Origin: Guillardia theta CCMP2712
Taxonomy: Eukaryota > Protista > Cryptophyta
Reading direction: 5' to 3'
Length of the DNA: 64,000 bases
Assembly (NCBI RefSeq): GCF_000315625.1
Contig: NW_005434666.1
Span: forward strand, 543,877-607,876
Of the stretch, positions 26,801-37,123 are shown piece after piece (within the stretch, counting starts at the first letter, position 1; each line of letters opens with the position of its first letter). The translations under genes were made by a program, and so were the position numbers. A model generated the notes under the pieces. That model was not told the origin of the DNA. It ran no database searches and saw nothing but the letters and a program-made list of their open reading frames with translations.

Positions 26801-29174
26801 ATGGCGCCTGCCAAGATGAAGATGATGGCTGCCATGGCGGCGGCTGTCGCGCTGATGGGAGTGACAGCTGTCCTCATGATGATCAACACTGGCAGCAAGA
26901 CAGCACTGGCGTATAGAGAGGTAAGGAGCTCTTGGATCACTGGCAATGTCGCCAAGTTTCCGACAACCATTGACGGGTCACGTCGTTGATACCACTATGC
27001 AGAGATTCTATTTCCCAGAGCAAAAGACTGGATCTAGATCCATGAAGAAGAGAGTTGGTGAGTTCGGACGTGGGCAAAGTTCTTTTCTTCCTGACGATTG
27101 GTGTGAAGCTCTGTCCCGCGCCGTCAGCATGTTGCAATCTCACCACAGTCCGGTCCTCAAAGGCAAGGCTCGTCTGGAGATGCTTGGCTGCCCTTGCATG
27201 GACATCTCCAAAGTGTGGACAGAAGATTCCAGCTGGGGACAGTACAGTGAGTTCACTATGATCAGAAGGCCATGGGATTTGACCTGCTTTGCAGAGCCAG
27301 TTTGCTGCGACAAGAATGCGTAATGCTCTAGGATTGCCGCGATGCCTTGTTTGATGTCTAAACGCAGACCACCGGGCGCTTCGAACATGGTCGAAAAGTA
27401 TGCTCAAATGGCTTCTTCGAAGATAGATGTGGGGTTCTAAGATTTCTGTCGGCGTTCGATTTTGACATCTCTCTCTTGAAAGATGTTGGAGAAAGTGATT
27501 GCTGACGCTAAGAAGAAGCTAGACACGCGGCTCTCAGTGGTTGTCGACGCGGTATACGAGAGCATTGCGCATTATTGCGCATGATTATACTTCAGGCGAC
27601 ACTGAAGGGGAAGGGAAGGCCTGGAGTTACAGGGCCAGTTGGGAAGAAGGGCCCACAGGCACTCTAGTTCTGTTGCTTTGAGCCACCTAACGTACGTCAG
27701 GGATATGTGGGACCTCCTGGCAAGGAAGGGGAACGAGGATCCCCTGGTGTTGTTGGGCCAAAAGGTCCAAGAGGACATCCGGGTCAAATTGGCTACAGGG
27801 GAGAGACTGGTATTGAATCTTGGCGCCAGGGCTGTTTCGCTAACGAAGGTTTTTGTGTAAGGTGACATCGGACCCAAGGGATTGACGGGATACACTGGCG
27901 TCCCAGGCCCCCCTGGCTACGTCGGTGAGCAGGGCACACGTGGACCAACGTGAGTTGATTGATGTGAAATCGCTCATAAGTAATTTGAATGTCTTGGTGT
28001 TCAGTGGAGACGAGGGGTCACCCGGTGAACCCGGACCAAAGGGATTCCAGGGGAATGCTGGCGGGCTGGGACTTCAAGGCTATCCAGGACCGGTATTTTG
28101 CCGTATACCGCGTTTCTTAGTCATAATGGCGTTGGATGATGCAGATGGGTGAGGCTGGAGGGCGAGGGCAAGTCATGCCGATCAGTGGTTATGACGCCTG
28201 GACTGGATGCAGCCCTCTAAGAGGATACAAGGCTGAGTTCCTGGATCGACAAGACATCAGTTGTCTGAATAGATGGGGAACTTACTTTATCGAATCCTTC
28301 GTGCTGACAAGTCATGGATGTTCCGGTTCAGACATGCACTATCGATATACTTGTGCCTCGCCTGCACAGTTCAAGGATTGCTCACCACAAGGACAGACGT
28401 GTTGGTGTCCCGGCGGATTGGTCCGTTACGGTGTGGGGCACGATTGGACCAACACATTGGGTGTATCAAGCAGCATCTTTTGTAACGACAATATCTTCGG
28501 TGACCCTTCACCGGGCAGCGTCAAGAAATGTCAGTGTTCAAAGGATAATGATCTAGGAACCAATAGCTGCCAAACCTTGTACACGGGTTGTACACAACTC
28601 GATGGAAAGACTATTGGTTCGAATGAGAGGTGCTAAGCTCACGGAACTCACTCCTTTCTGCAGAAACACTTGAAAACCTGCAGTTTTCTTGCCCTTCAGG
28701 CCAACTGCTGTCTAATATGAAGTGCGAATCTTTTGTAAAGGGATTTGCTAGTTTCTAACCTGTGTGTCAGGATAACTCGGTATGGTTGTCCGAACAACTA
28801 TCATAGGCATGTCTACTGCAATGTTGTGGTAACAGACTGACGTTTCAGCAGATATCAGTACACCTGCTGTACACCAATTCGAGGAGCCGGCACTTGCAGA
28901 GAAGCCTTGACCGAGTGAGATTACAACTCGATGGAGAAGGTTACCAGTGTCTGAGTGTGAACCTTTCCAGTTGCCAAGATGCTTGGAATGCCAACAGTGA
29001 GAACCTGGACAGGCATCCCGTAAAGTGCAAAGAAGTGAGTCAAGTGATGATGACCCCTGCTTTGTTTGACTTCAAGTGTAGCTCGAGGCTCTCTCTCGCG
29101 TTGCGTTCACAAGCAGTGGCTGCGGTCTGTGGAATCAGAGGAGATACTCCTACACGTGCTGTCAAATCCTGTGA
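26801..29174 (+). CDS. Collagen-like type II membrane/secreted protein with Cys-rich C-terminal repeats
   Basis: N-terminal hydrophobic segment; about 40 uninterrupted Gly-X-Y triplets over 5 exons (27614-28174); LDRxxxxC...YxYTC(C)-type repeats and a VRYG...CNDNIFGDPSPGSVKKCQC module. Confidence 0.8.
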
Positions 29175-29265
29175 TCGAAGTTGAGACTTTCTTTTCGAGA
29201 CGCGTGTGTGGGATTAAAAAAGTGTACGGGCCTCGAATCATCGGAATCAAAGTCTGAGCGTGCGA

Positions 29266-30072
29266 TCACGGCAGCTGCAATCCTTTGGCTTGTAGTATCT
29301 CCTCCTTGATGTTCGTGCGCTGCTCCTGAGCAGCCCATCCAGGTCAGCGACCGCCTGTTACTCCCCTGTCGCAGACCTTGGCTACACGGAGGGTGTCATC
29401 CAGAGCGTTCTCGAAGTCTCTGATCGCGGCTGTGTTCTTCAGCTATCACAGATGTGTCAGGGACGGGCAAAGCTCAGAGCAGGAGGACCTGCTGCAACCT
29501 TCCCAGCGCTGTCTTGGGCTCCTTATATAACATCTGAAACCGCAGCGATCAGTGACCGTGCCAGGAAGTCTCTCGTCCGTACCTCCTTCACCTCGGTCTT
29601 CTTTGCCTCCAGCCCTGACTCCGATCCCATCACGTTGACTCGTTGCAAGGCATAGCATACCTTTGAGTTTGTCGTCCATCAGGTCAAACTTCTGATTCAC
29701 CGACGTGAGCTGGGACCGCAACGTAAACTCAAGGCGGACCAGTGACATACAGCACCAGCTTGTTCATTCCCTGACCGATGACATCCATCGAGCAGTTGAG
29801 AAACTTAAGCATGTCTCCATTCCCTTCAGAGTTTGATGGAGCGTTGCAAAGCCTCCCACCTGATAGTCCATGCTTCGTTATGGGCTTGGAAGCAACAAGG
29901 CTACTTCACCGTGCGGACGATCCCTGGAATTCTTCTGCTTGGCTTCTTGGTACACCCTTACGATCTCACTGCGCTCCAGGCAGCCTTCGTAAGAGACGCC
30001 CATCTTGTCCAGCTCGTCCTTAATCTCCTTGGTCGTCATGTCACCACAGGATTCTTCCGCAAGGTGCGACAT
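29266..30072 (-). CDS. Hypothetical protein with ARMET-C/SAP-like motif
   Basis: MTTKEIKDELDKMGVSYEGCLERSEIVRVY resembles the MANF C-terminal SAP-like motif; several short downstream exons. Confidence 0.5.
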
Positions 30073-30938
30073 CGCAGTTCGACCACTGGAGGCTACAGCA
30101 CAGTCACAAGACCCTCAACGGCGAGGGAGAGCAGAGGGGGGAAGGTTGTGCGGTGAAGCACTAAGATATCAGGGGCGAGGAAGGCGGATGGAGGGGATAT
30201 GCGTGATGATTCCAGGAAAGGATGCGAGGATGAGAGCGATGCTGGGAGACTGGGATGAAACAAGAATGTGAGACCCTTATGCTTCTCTGTCTGAGCTTTC
30301 ACATAGACTTCTGCTCTGTTTGTTTGTGGACCACTTCGAATTTCCCTCCCTCCTCCCTCCCCTTCCCTCCCTCCCCTTCCCTTCCCCCCGCTCCCCTTCC
30401 CTCCTCTCCTCTCCCTCCTCTCCCCTCCCTCGTTTCCCTCCTTCCCCTCGCTCCCCTCGCTCCCCTCCCCTCTCCTCTCCTCTCCTCTCTCCCCTCCTCC
30501 CTCGCTTGTTGCCATTAGCACCCACATCCCCTCCCACCCACCCGGACCCCTACCCCCAGGCCCACCTATGAGTAGCAGTATGAGTAGTCAATCTTTCGAA
30601 TGCGATAAAATGCAAATAACGGAGCAGTGGGGATGGAAGCAGGATAGAAGCAGGATGGAAGGGTTACTGGTTGGGTTGGGGAGAGGGGGAGGAGAGGGAC
30701 GATGACGAGGAGCTGGTAGCAAAGAAGTAGTTCAGTTCGATTGGCTGTATCTCAGCAGATGGGAGGAGAGAGGGACTCTCCCACCCAGATGAGCTATCAT
30801 GCCGCATTCTGCTTCTGGCAGGGACCTTCTCGCCTGCCTTGCACTGACAGTGTTTGTTCGCAGGCGACTTTCCCATGATAATGTCGAGTCAGAGCAAGCA
30901 GTCGCCGCGCGGGTCACCTTAGACACGTACTGTGTGTG

Positions 30939-32881
30939 ATGGGGGCCATCATCAGCCATGAGAGCCGGGGCGCCTCCTTCTCGGACCCTCACTTCACCCG
31001 CAACCACCCCATGGACAAGAGCCCCAAGTCAAAGTCCATGTCAGACCTCTCCCTGCTGCACAAGAGGAACCCGAAGGGTCCAGCCCGCGACTCCTTGGAG
31101 CTCGATGTGGAGGAGAGAGAGGGAGGTAGAGGGAAGGCGGTACACAGGGAGCTGGCGGAGCTGGAAGAGGTCACGTCGGCTCAGGTGCAGTCGTTGCGGA
31201 GGGAGTTCGAGGAGGTGTCTGCACCCAACGCCTTCATGAGCTTTGCGACCCTCAACAAGTTCCAGACCAGGATGATCCGAAGGAAGGGGGAGAGCTTCTA
31301 CCGCAAGCTCGCAGGCATCTCTCCCCTCCTCCGATCCCCCAAACCCTCGGAGAAGGACATCAGAGCCTTGGCAAGGAAGCTCTGCGTGCGAGGTAAGGGC
31401 CAGCTGCCGACGTTCTCCTCCCCCCAACTCTCCTCCTCATGTCTGCTGCTTCAGTGTTCAAGCATTATCGACTCTGGGACGAGGACGAGGACGAGCCAGG
31501 AGGAGATGCCGTTGTTACCTTCGAGCAGTACTTGGCTGTTGTGTACAAGATGAAGATCAAGGTAAGCGCGGCCATGGCAGCGAGACCTGGTTGCTCACTC
31601 CTCGCCCAGGAAGAGAAGCACCCCTCCTGCGCCAGTCAGAGCAAGAGCGGGTCCAAGAGCATCTTGAAAGCTGGCTGGAAGGAGGAGGCGAAGGGCGGGG
31701 AAGGCAAAGATGTGCAGCTAAGGAGGGCTGTCGAGTTTCAGGATCACCCTTCCGAGGAAGTCATGGACGAGGAGTGGAAGTTGAAGATGATGACGTCAAC
31801 GAGGCTACGTGATGAAGGTCAGCGTTGCGGAGTGGCGGGAAGATGGAAGTGAGGAGCGGAGAAGTGGCGGAGAGGGGAGCGAGGGGAGGGAAAAAGAGGA
31901 TAGAGGACAGACAAGAGGAGAGAAGGAGAAAGGAGAGGAGAAGTGAGGGTAGAGGACATGTGTTGAATGTGTTCAAACAGAGGAGGTGCAACTGCTCAAG
32001 TTTCGCGGTCTTCACGTCGACGACAATGCTGTGAGACATCTTGGCTGATGCCCATGGCTGGGAATCACACAGCCCGCAGGCTGCGAATCAGGATGAGCCG
32101 CCTGACCGGGTCTCTGGTAATAGAGAAAACACTTGTTGACAGGATGATGATGAAGAATGGGGAGAGGGAGAAGAGAAATGAGAAGGGAATGGGTTGAGAA
32201 AGATAGGGAAGATTGTGGATTTGATTCCTTGAAATTTGAGTAGCAGAGCAAGGGCACAGCGGGGACGAAGAAGAGGGGACGGGAAGGAGAGCGGAGGTGA
32301 AGGATTTGGATAGCAAAGCGGAGGAGGACCAAGGGGTTCACAGCAAACTGGTGAATGTGGTTCCTCATCGATCGATGAGTTTCAAGCGAATCGTAAGATC
32401 CTGCATTGCCAAATTCCTCCCTTACCCCTTATCGTTTGCAACCCTTCACTCCCTCCTCTCCGTTCTTCCGTCTACTCCCTCACCGCCCCTTCATCCCTCC
32501 TCTTCCTCTCCTCCCTATCTGCCTTCCCCTCCATCTCCTCCTCTTGCTTACAATTCCTTTCTTCCTTTCTTCCTCTCTTCCTCTCCCTCTCTCCGTGTAC
32601 TCTTCACGCAAAGTGCAGAAGGAGCAGTATGCTCAGCATCCATCGACCGGGGTCAACCTCGCTTACGTCAGCCATCTCCAAAACCACCTCGTCAAAGTCT
32701 CTCTGCTCCTCCATAAGCCGCCGGCCTGACGCGCGTGCAGGAGCTTGTCTTCGAGCTGTCGGAGGAGGAGGTTCACTGCAAGCTTGAGGTGATGAAGGAC
32801 ATCAAGATGTCCATCGAGCGGGAGCTCGAGCGGCAGCAAAACGAGTCCAAGGAGGGGAAGCAAACTTTACACATGAAATGA
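30939..32881 (+). CDS. Hypothetical protein, possible N-myristoylation site (MGAIIS), degenerate EF-hand-like segment
   Basis: ORF 30936..31553 plus spliced exons ending ...ERELERQQNESKEGKQTLHMK* at 32881. Confidence 0.5.
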
Positions 32882-32899
32882 ATACAAGGAGGCCTGACC

Positions 32900-35321
32900 T
32901 CAGCCCCTCCACGACATGGACATGGCATGAAAGTTCTTCAGCCCCGACGTGGCAGTGTTCTCCCTCCAGCTCTCGTCCGCGTTTCTCGCTTCCACCTCGT
33001 CCAACCTGCTTGTCAGGGACACCAGCGACATGGATTGGCTCCGATGCAGGCTGGGGGTCTTGTGGCTTGCCGCGTTCCTTGACAGCCCGAGCTCGAGGCA
33101 GAGCGAGTTACAGCGGTGGGTGTGAAAGAACTGCTTGACTCCGTCCAGCCCGAAGTTTCCCTTGCCGAAGATGTCCTCCTGCGACGGGTCGACGCTATGG
33201 ATCTGAGGGTCCGTCCAGTAGTTCCCCACACCCTGGATGTCGCAAATGAGGATCCTCTTGTCACTCGCGTCCCACGTGAAGTGGCTGAAGGCCTGGGGGA
33301 CGGCCTCCTCCGTCCCGATCTCTCCGTAGTTGTCGTTGTGCTTCACATACTCCCCCTCCAGCAGCGGCTCGATCGTCACGAGCTGGTTCTCGCGCTCGTG
33401 GAGCCTGAGGACCTCCATGGGAAGGAAGCAGATCTTGGACTTGACGCACTGATGGGTGTTGAACTCGTTGGCGTACTCTTGGGCTAGCGACTGGTTGAAG
33501 GAAAGAGTGTCAGAAGAAACTCGAAGAATTTCAAGAGGAACAAAGGGGGCGGAAGGAGGAAAGGAGGAGAAGGAGGAGAAGGAGGAATAGGAGGAGAAGG
33601 AGGAGGAGGAGGAGAAGGAGGGATCAAGGACCTGATTTATAACTTCTTGGAAGAACTGGTTGGGTGTTGCCTTCATCTTCCATGTCTTGGCCACCTTCAC
33701 ATCCTTGGTCATCACAACTCAAACGAGTCTTCTCCTGCTCACCTTCAGCACTGTGTTGGAGTTGTGAAAGACCTCGATCTTGAAACAGGCTCGGAAAGTT
33801 CCCTCCGCAAACGGCTTGTCCCCTATCCTAACATGTACAAAATACTTGTTCCACCTGTTGGCTTTGGCAGAGAAAGAGTAGCACGTGGCCGACTCGAAAT
33901 CATCGGAAGGAGGTAAATTGTGCTGCAAACTTGTCTTGTCTACCCTTGCCTTCCTCTTCTCCGCATATCCTTTCAGAAACCTGCGACAAGGCGAAGAAAC
34001 ATCAGGGAACGGGAGGGAGGGAAGCAAAACAAGAGGGACAGGAATCAAAAGAGGAAGGCGGGAGAGGGGCAGCAGGTGTCAAGGCATACTTTAGCACGTC
34101 CCGGTGCCTCTGTACATTGCTCTTGAGCATGGCCAAGAAGTCGTAGACGCTAAAAACCAGCACGCTGCAGTCCGAGGAGGCGTCGACATCGCAGACTCGC
34201 TGGACTTGGTCATGGTCCTTCAGCCGCGCGTTGCTGTCTTTCAGCAGGCACTTGACGGCTGCGATGAAGGAGATCTCCCCGAAGATGTCTCCGCTCTTGA
34301 GAACCTCCAAGACCTTGCCGTCCAGGTTTGCATTCGCAGTGCCCGCATCCAGAAAATACTGCAGAGAGGAGGGTGAGAGGGAGCGCAGGGAATGCAAGAG
34401 AGAGGACCATGCTCGTTCCCACCGTCCCCTTCTCAATCATCTTGTCTCCCTGCTTGTAACTCCTCTTCTTCATCTTCGACATGCAGAAGGTAAAGTCTTC
34501 CTCGGACAGCATCTGGAACAGCTCGAAGTCTCTCCACTGGATCTGGTGGACCTCGAGGATCGATGCTCTCCTCGGTTTCAGCCCTCCATTCTGCACGCTA
34601 GACTTCTTCGCTCGGATGAACCTCTCGTCCGCAAAGTCGCGGAGCACTCTGTTGGCCGCGTTCCAGGGAGGGAACCAAGACCGTCAGTCGAAGAATGGGA
34701 CAGGAAAGAGAAATTACCTGAGCACTTCTCTGTTCCCCGGCAGGTCACCCTTCAAGATCTCCAGGAAATCGTTCACGTGCAACTCCAGGCATCGACACTG
34801 CTTCTTGGCCCTCACGTCGCAGACCCGCTGCAGGTTTGGGAAATCCTTCAGGTTCGCCTTGGGGTTCTTGAGGAGGATCTTAAGCGCTGAGATGAAAGCG
34901 ATCTCCCCGAAGAAGTCTCCACTCCCAAGGACTTCAATCACTTTCTCTCCTATCACTGCACCCGCGACACCAACATCTAGAAAATACTGCAACAATGGTC
35001 ATATACCGGACGTCATGAAACAATGTGCAGGTATACCAAACGATCCCCCAGCGTTCCTCTCTTCAGGATTGTGGAGCCTGCTTCAAACATCTTGACCTTC
35101 ATCACGCTGATACACTTGTTGAGATTGACAGGCGAGAGAAGTTGAAACAGCATGAAATCTGTCCATGACGCTTCCAGTAAGACCGCTCCACACTCTGCGC
35201 TTGACTTCTCATTCTCGCTGTTCGTGATGGGAAACTCTGGCGCCCGCCAGATGCTGCCATCATCTTGGCTTTTCCTTCTGTTTCTCACGAACTTCTGCGG
35301 GGGAGGCGCCTTGCCCTCCAT
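32900..35321 (-). CDS. Alpha-kinase (eEF2K/MHCK family) with two N-terminal cyclic-nucleotide-binding domains
   Basis: CNB1 YFLDVG...GDFFGEIAF...QRVCDVRA; CNB2 YFLDAG...GDIFGEISF...QRVCDVDA; kinase PFAEGTFRACF, VAK, IEPLLEGEYVKHNDN, QAFSHFTW, ICDIQG, TDPQIH, GKGNFG, HRCNSLC. Confidence 0.9.
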
Positions 35322-35549
35322 GCTGACTGAAAACGGAATTTGTGAGAACGCAAGATGATTTTTGTGACACCTCCCTCCCTCTTGCCTCGCAACTTTCCTG
35401 CCCGTCCTCTCTGCTCCTAATCTAGTCCCTTCATCATCCTGTTCCTAACTTGCTCTCTTTCAGTTCCGCCCAGGTGGCTTCTCAAGAGATCGCAACCCAT
35501 CATGTCGGCGGCATTGGCATCCGAGCAGGCGGCAAGGAGGTAGACTGTC

Positions 35550-35880
35550 CAAAAGGGGGTAGTCACTGGGGTAGTCACAGATGTGGCGAATTCGGGGGGG
35601 AAGGGGGTAGTATTTCAGTGATAGCTAAAGGTTCAAAGTGGGGGTGGGTCAATACCCGGCCGGGTAGTGTGTGGGTAAGGTGGGGGGTCCTGGGTCCGGT
35701 AGTGGGGAATCATAGTAGTAATAAGCTTGCGACATATTAGTAGACCTTGATATCGCTCCTTTTCAGATTTAAAAGCGCAAATAGTCACATGTACCATGAC
35801 CGTCGCCGCTCGGAGGCGCCGGCGGCCCGGCGACCGGCGACCGGTCCGGCCGGAGTCACTCAGCCGGACGGTTACTGCAC
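35550..35880. promoter_or_regulatory. Divergent promoter with GGGGTAGTCAC repeat plus CCGG island
   Basis: gggggtagtcactggggtagtcac and ccggcggcccggcgaccggcgaccggtccggccgg. Confidence 0.5.
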
Positions 35881-36156
35881 GTGACAAATAACTACACTAA
35901 AGATAGCGGAGGGGAAGCGACAGTGAGAGCAAGGTGCGCGTTACGACAGCCAGGAAGGAGTTGAGCCAGGAAGGAGTTGAGCCTCGTTCAGAGCCATCGT
36001 TGACGGATCTCACTCATCTGCGTCTCTTGTTGACACCTCACGTGACTTCTCGTCTCGGCTGATTGAACTGATCTGCACCATTGGCCATCGCCCCTGGTGA
36101 TTGTGCGGAAGGGCAATCAGCAGAGAAGGTATTGCAAGGAAAGATCTGCAGGAAAA

Positions 36157-36717
36157 ATGAAAGGAAAGAAGAAGACTCAAGCCGTCTTTGCGAGTAACTC
36201 GAGTAGGAAGGCAGAATATGATGCCTTGAAGGAAGAAAACGAGAAGCTGAGGAGACTGCTTGAAGAAAGTAAGAATTCGTCGAAGAAGAGAAAGCGGGAC
36301 GACGAAGCGCCTCAGATGGAGATTGCTGAGCCAAAGACAAAGCAAAAGTCCAAAGTTGCAATCAAGAAAGGGGCTCAGGCGTCGGAGAGCAAGGGTGGGA
36401 AGAGCAGCACTATCAAGGCTGCTTCGGGCTCGAATGCGAACTTCATGAAGATGATCGAGGAGCAGGGGCTGCTTGAAGGCAACAAAGGGAGTCAAGATGC
36501 TCTGGAAAGGGACAAGAAGGAGGTGGAAGAGCTGATGGAGAAGCTGGGGCCCAGCTGGAAGGCGGAGCTGCAGGAGGACGGGCTGGCGGATTTCTTTGAG
36601 TCCCTGGACCATCTCGACGAGGACTCTGGCCTGGAGGATGAGCAGAAGGAGCCGCAGGCAAAGAAACCGAAAAGTGCGGCAAAAGGCACGGGGAAGAGCA
36701 AGGGGAAGAAGCATTGA
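36157..36717 (+). CDS. Small Lys/Glu-rich hypothetical protein, probably nuclear
   Basis: Single exon MKGKKK...KKRKR with a coiled coil and acidic patch; coding-like codon usage. Confidence 0.55.
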   Translation: MKGKKKTQAVFASNSSRKAEYDALKEENEKLRRLLEESKNSSKKRKRDDEAPQMEIAEPKTKQKSKVAIKKGAQASESKGGKSSTIKAASGSNANFMKMIEEQGLLEGNKGSQDALERDKKEVEELMEKLGPSWKAELQEDGLADFFESLDHLDEDSGLEDEQKEPQAKKPKSAAKGTGKSKGKKH

Positions 36718-37123
36718 GACCAGCGGTTTCTCGTTGCTGCAGGGACCCACCCTTGCCTCCTTTCTGCATCCTCCAGCCCGAGCGATGCTCCTGCCCCCAT
36801 GAGGTTTCTTAGAGGGGTAGAAGAGCTATGAGGCTGACAGTCACATTAAAACTCTAAAGCGCATCGCCCCGACTCGCTGACCTGACACCTGACCCTCCGC
36901 TCGTCATGCTTGCATGCGACCATCCCCTTCTCCCCCCCCTCTCAACACTTCTCAGAGTCCAGCTTCCTCCTCCGTCTCGAATCCTCTCTCCTTTCCTCCT
37001 CCCCCTCCTCCCGCCCTCTCCATGATCCTCACTCTCTCTCCTTCCTCTCTCCCCCAACTCCCCGGAGGGACTTTTTGCTGACCGCCCCCCTTCATGTCAT
37101 CCCCTCCCCCGCCTCGTCCCAAA

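Noticed and set aside
35948-35983. 16-bp tandem AGCCAGGAAGGAGTTG x2 (also AACACTTAGCGATGA x2 near 8667-8715) as transposon target-site duplications
   Set aside because: No intervening element, terminal repeats or transposase; most likely slippage duplications.
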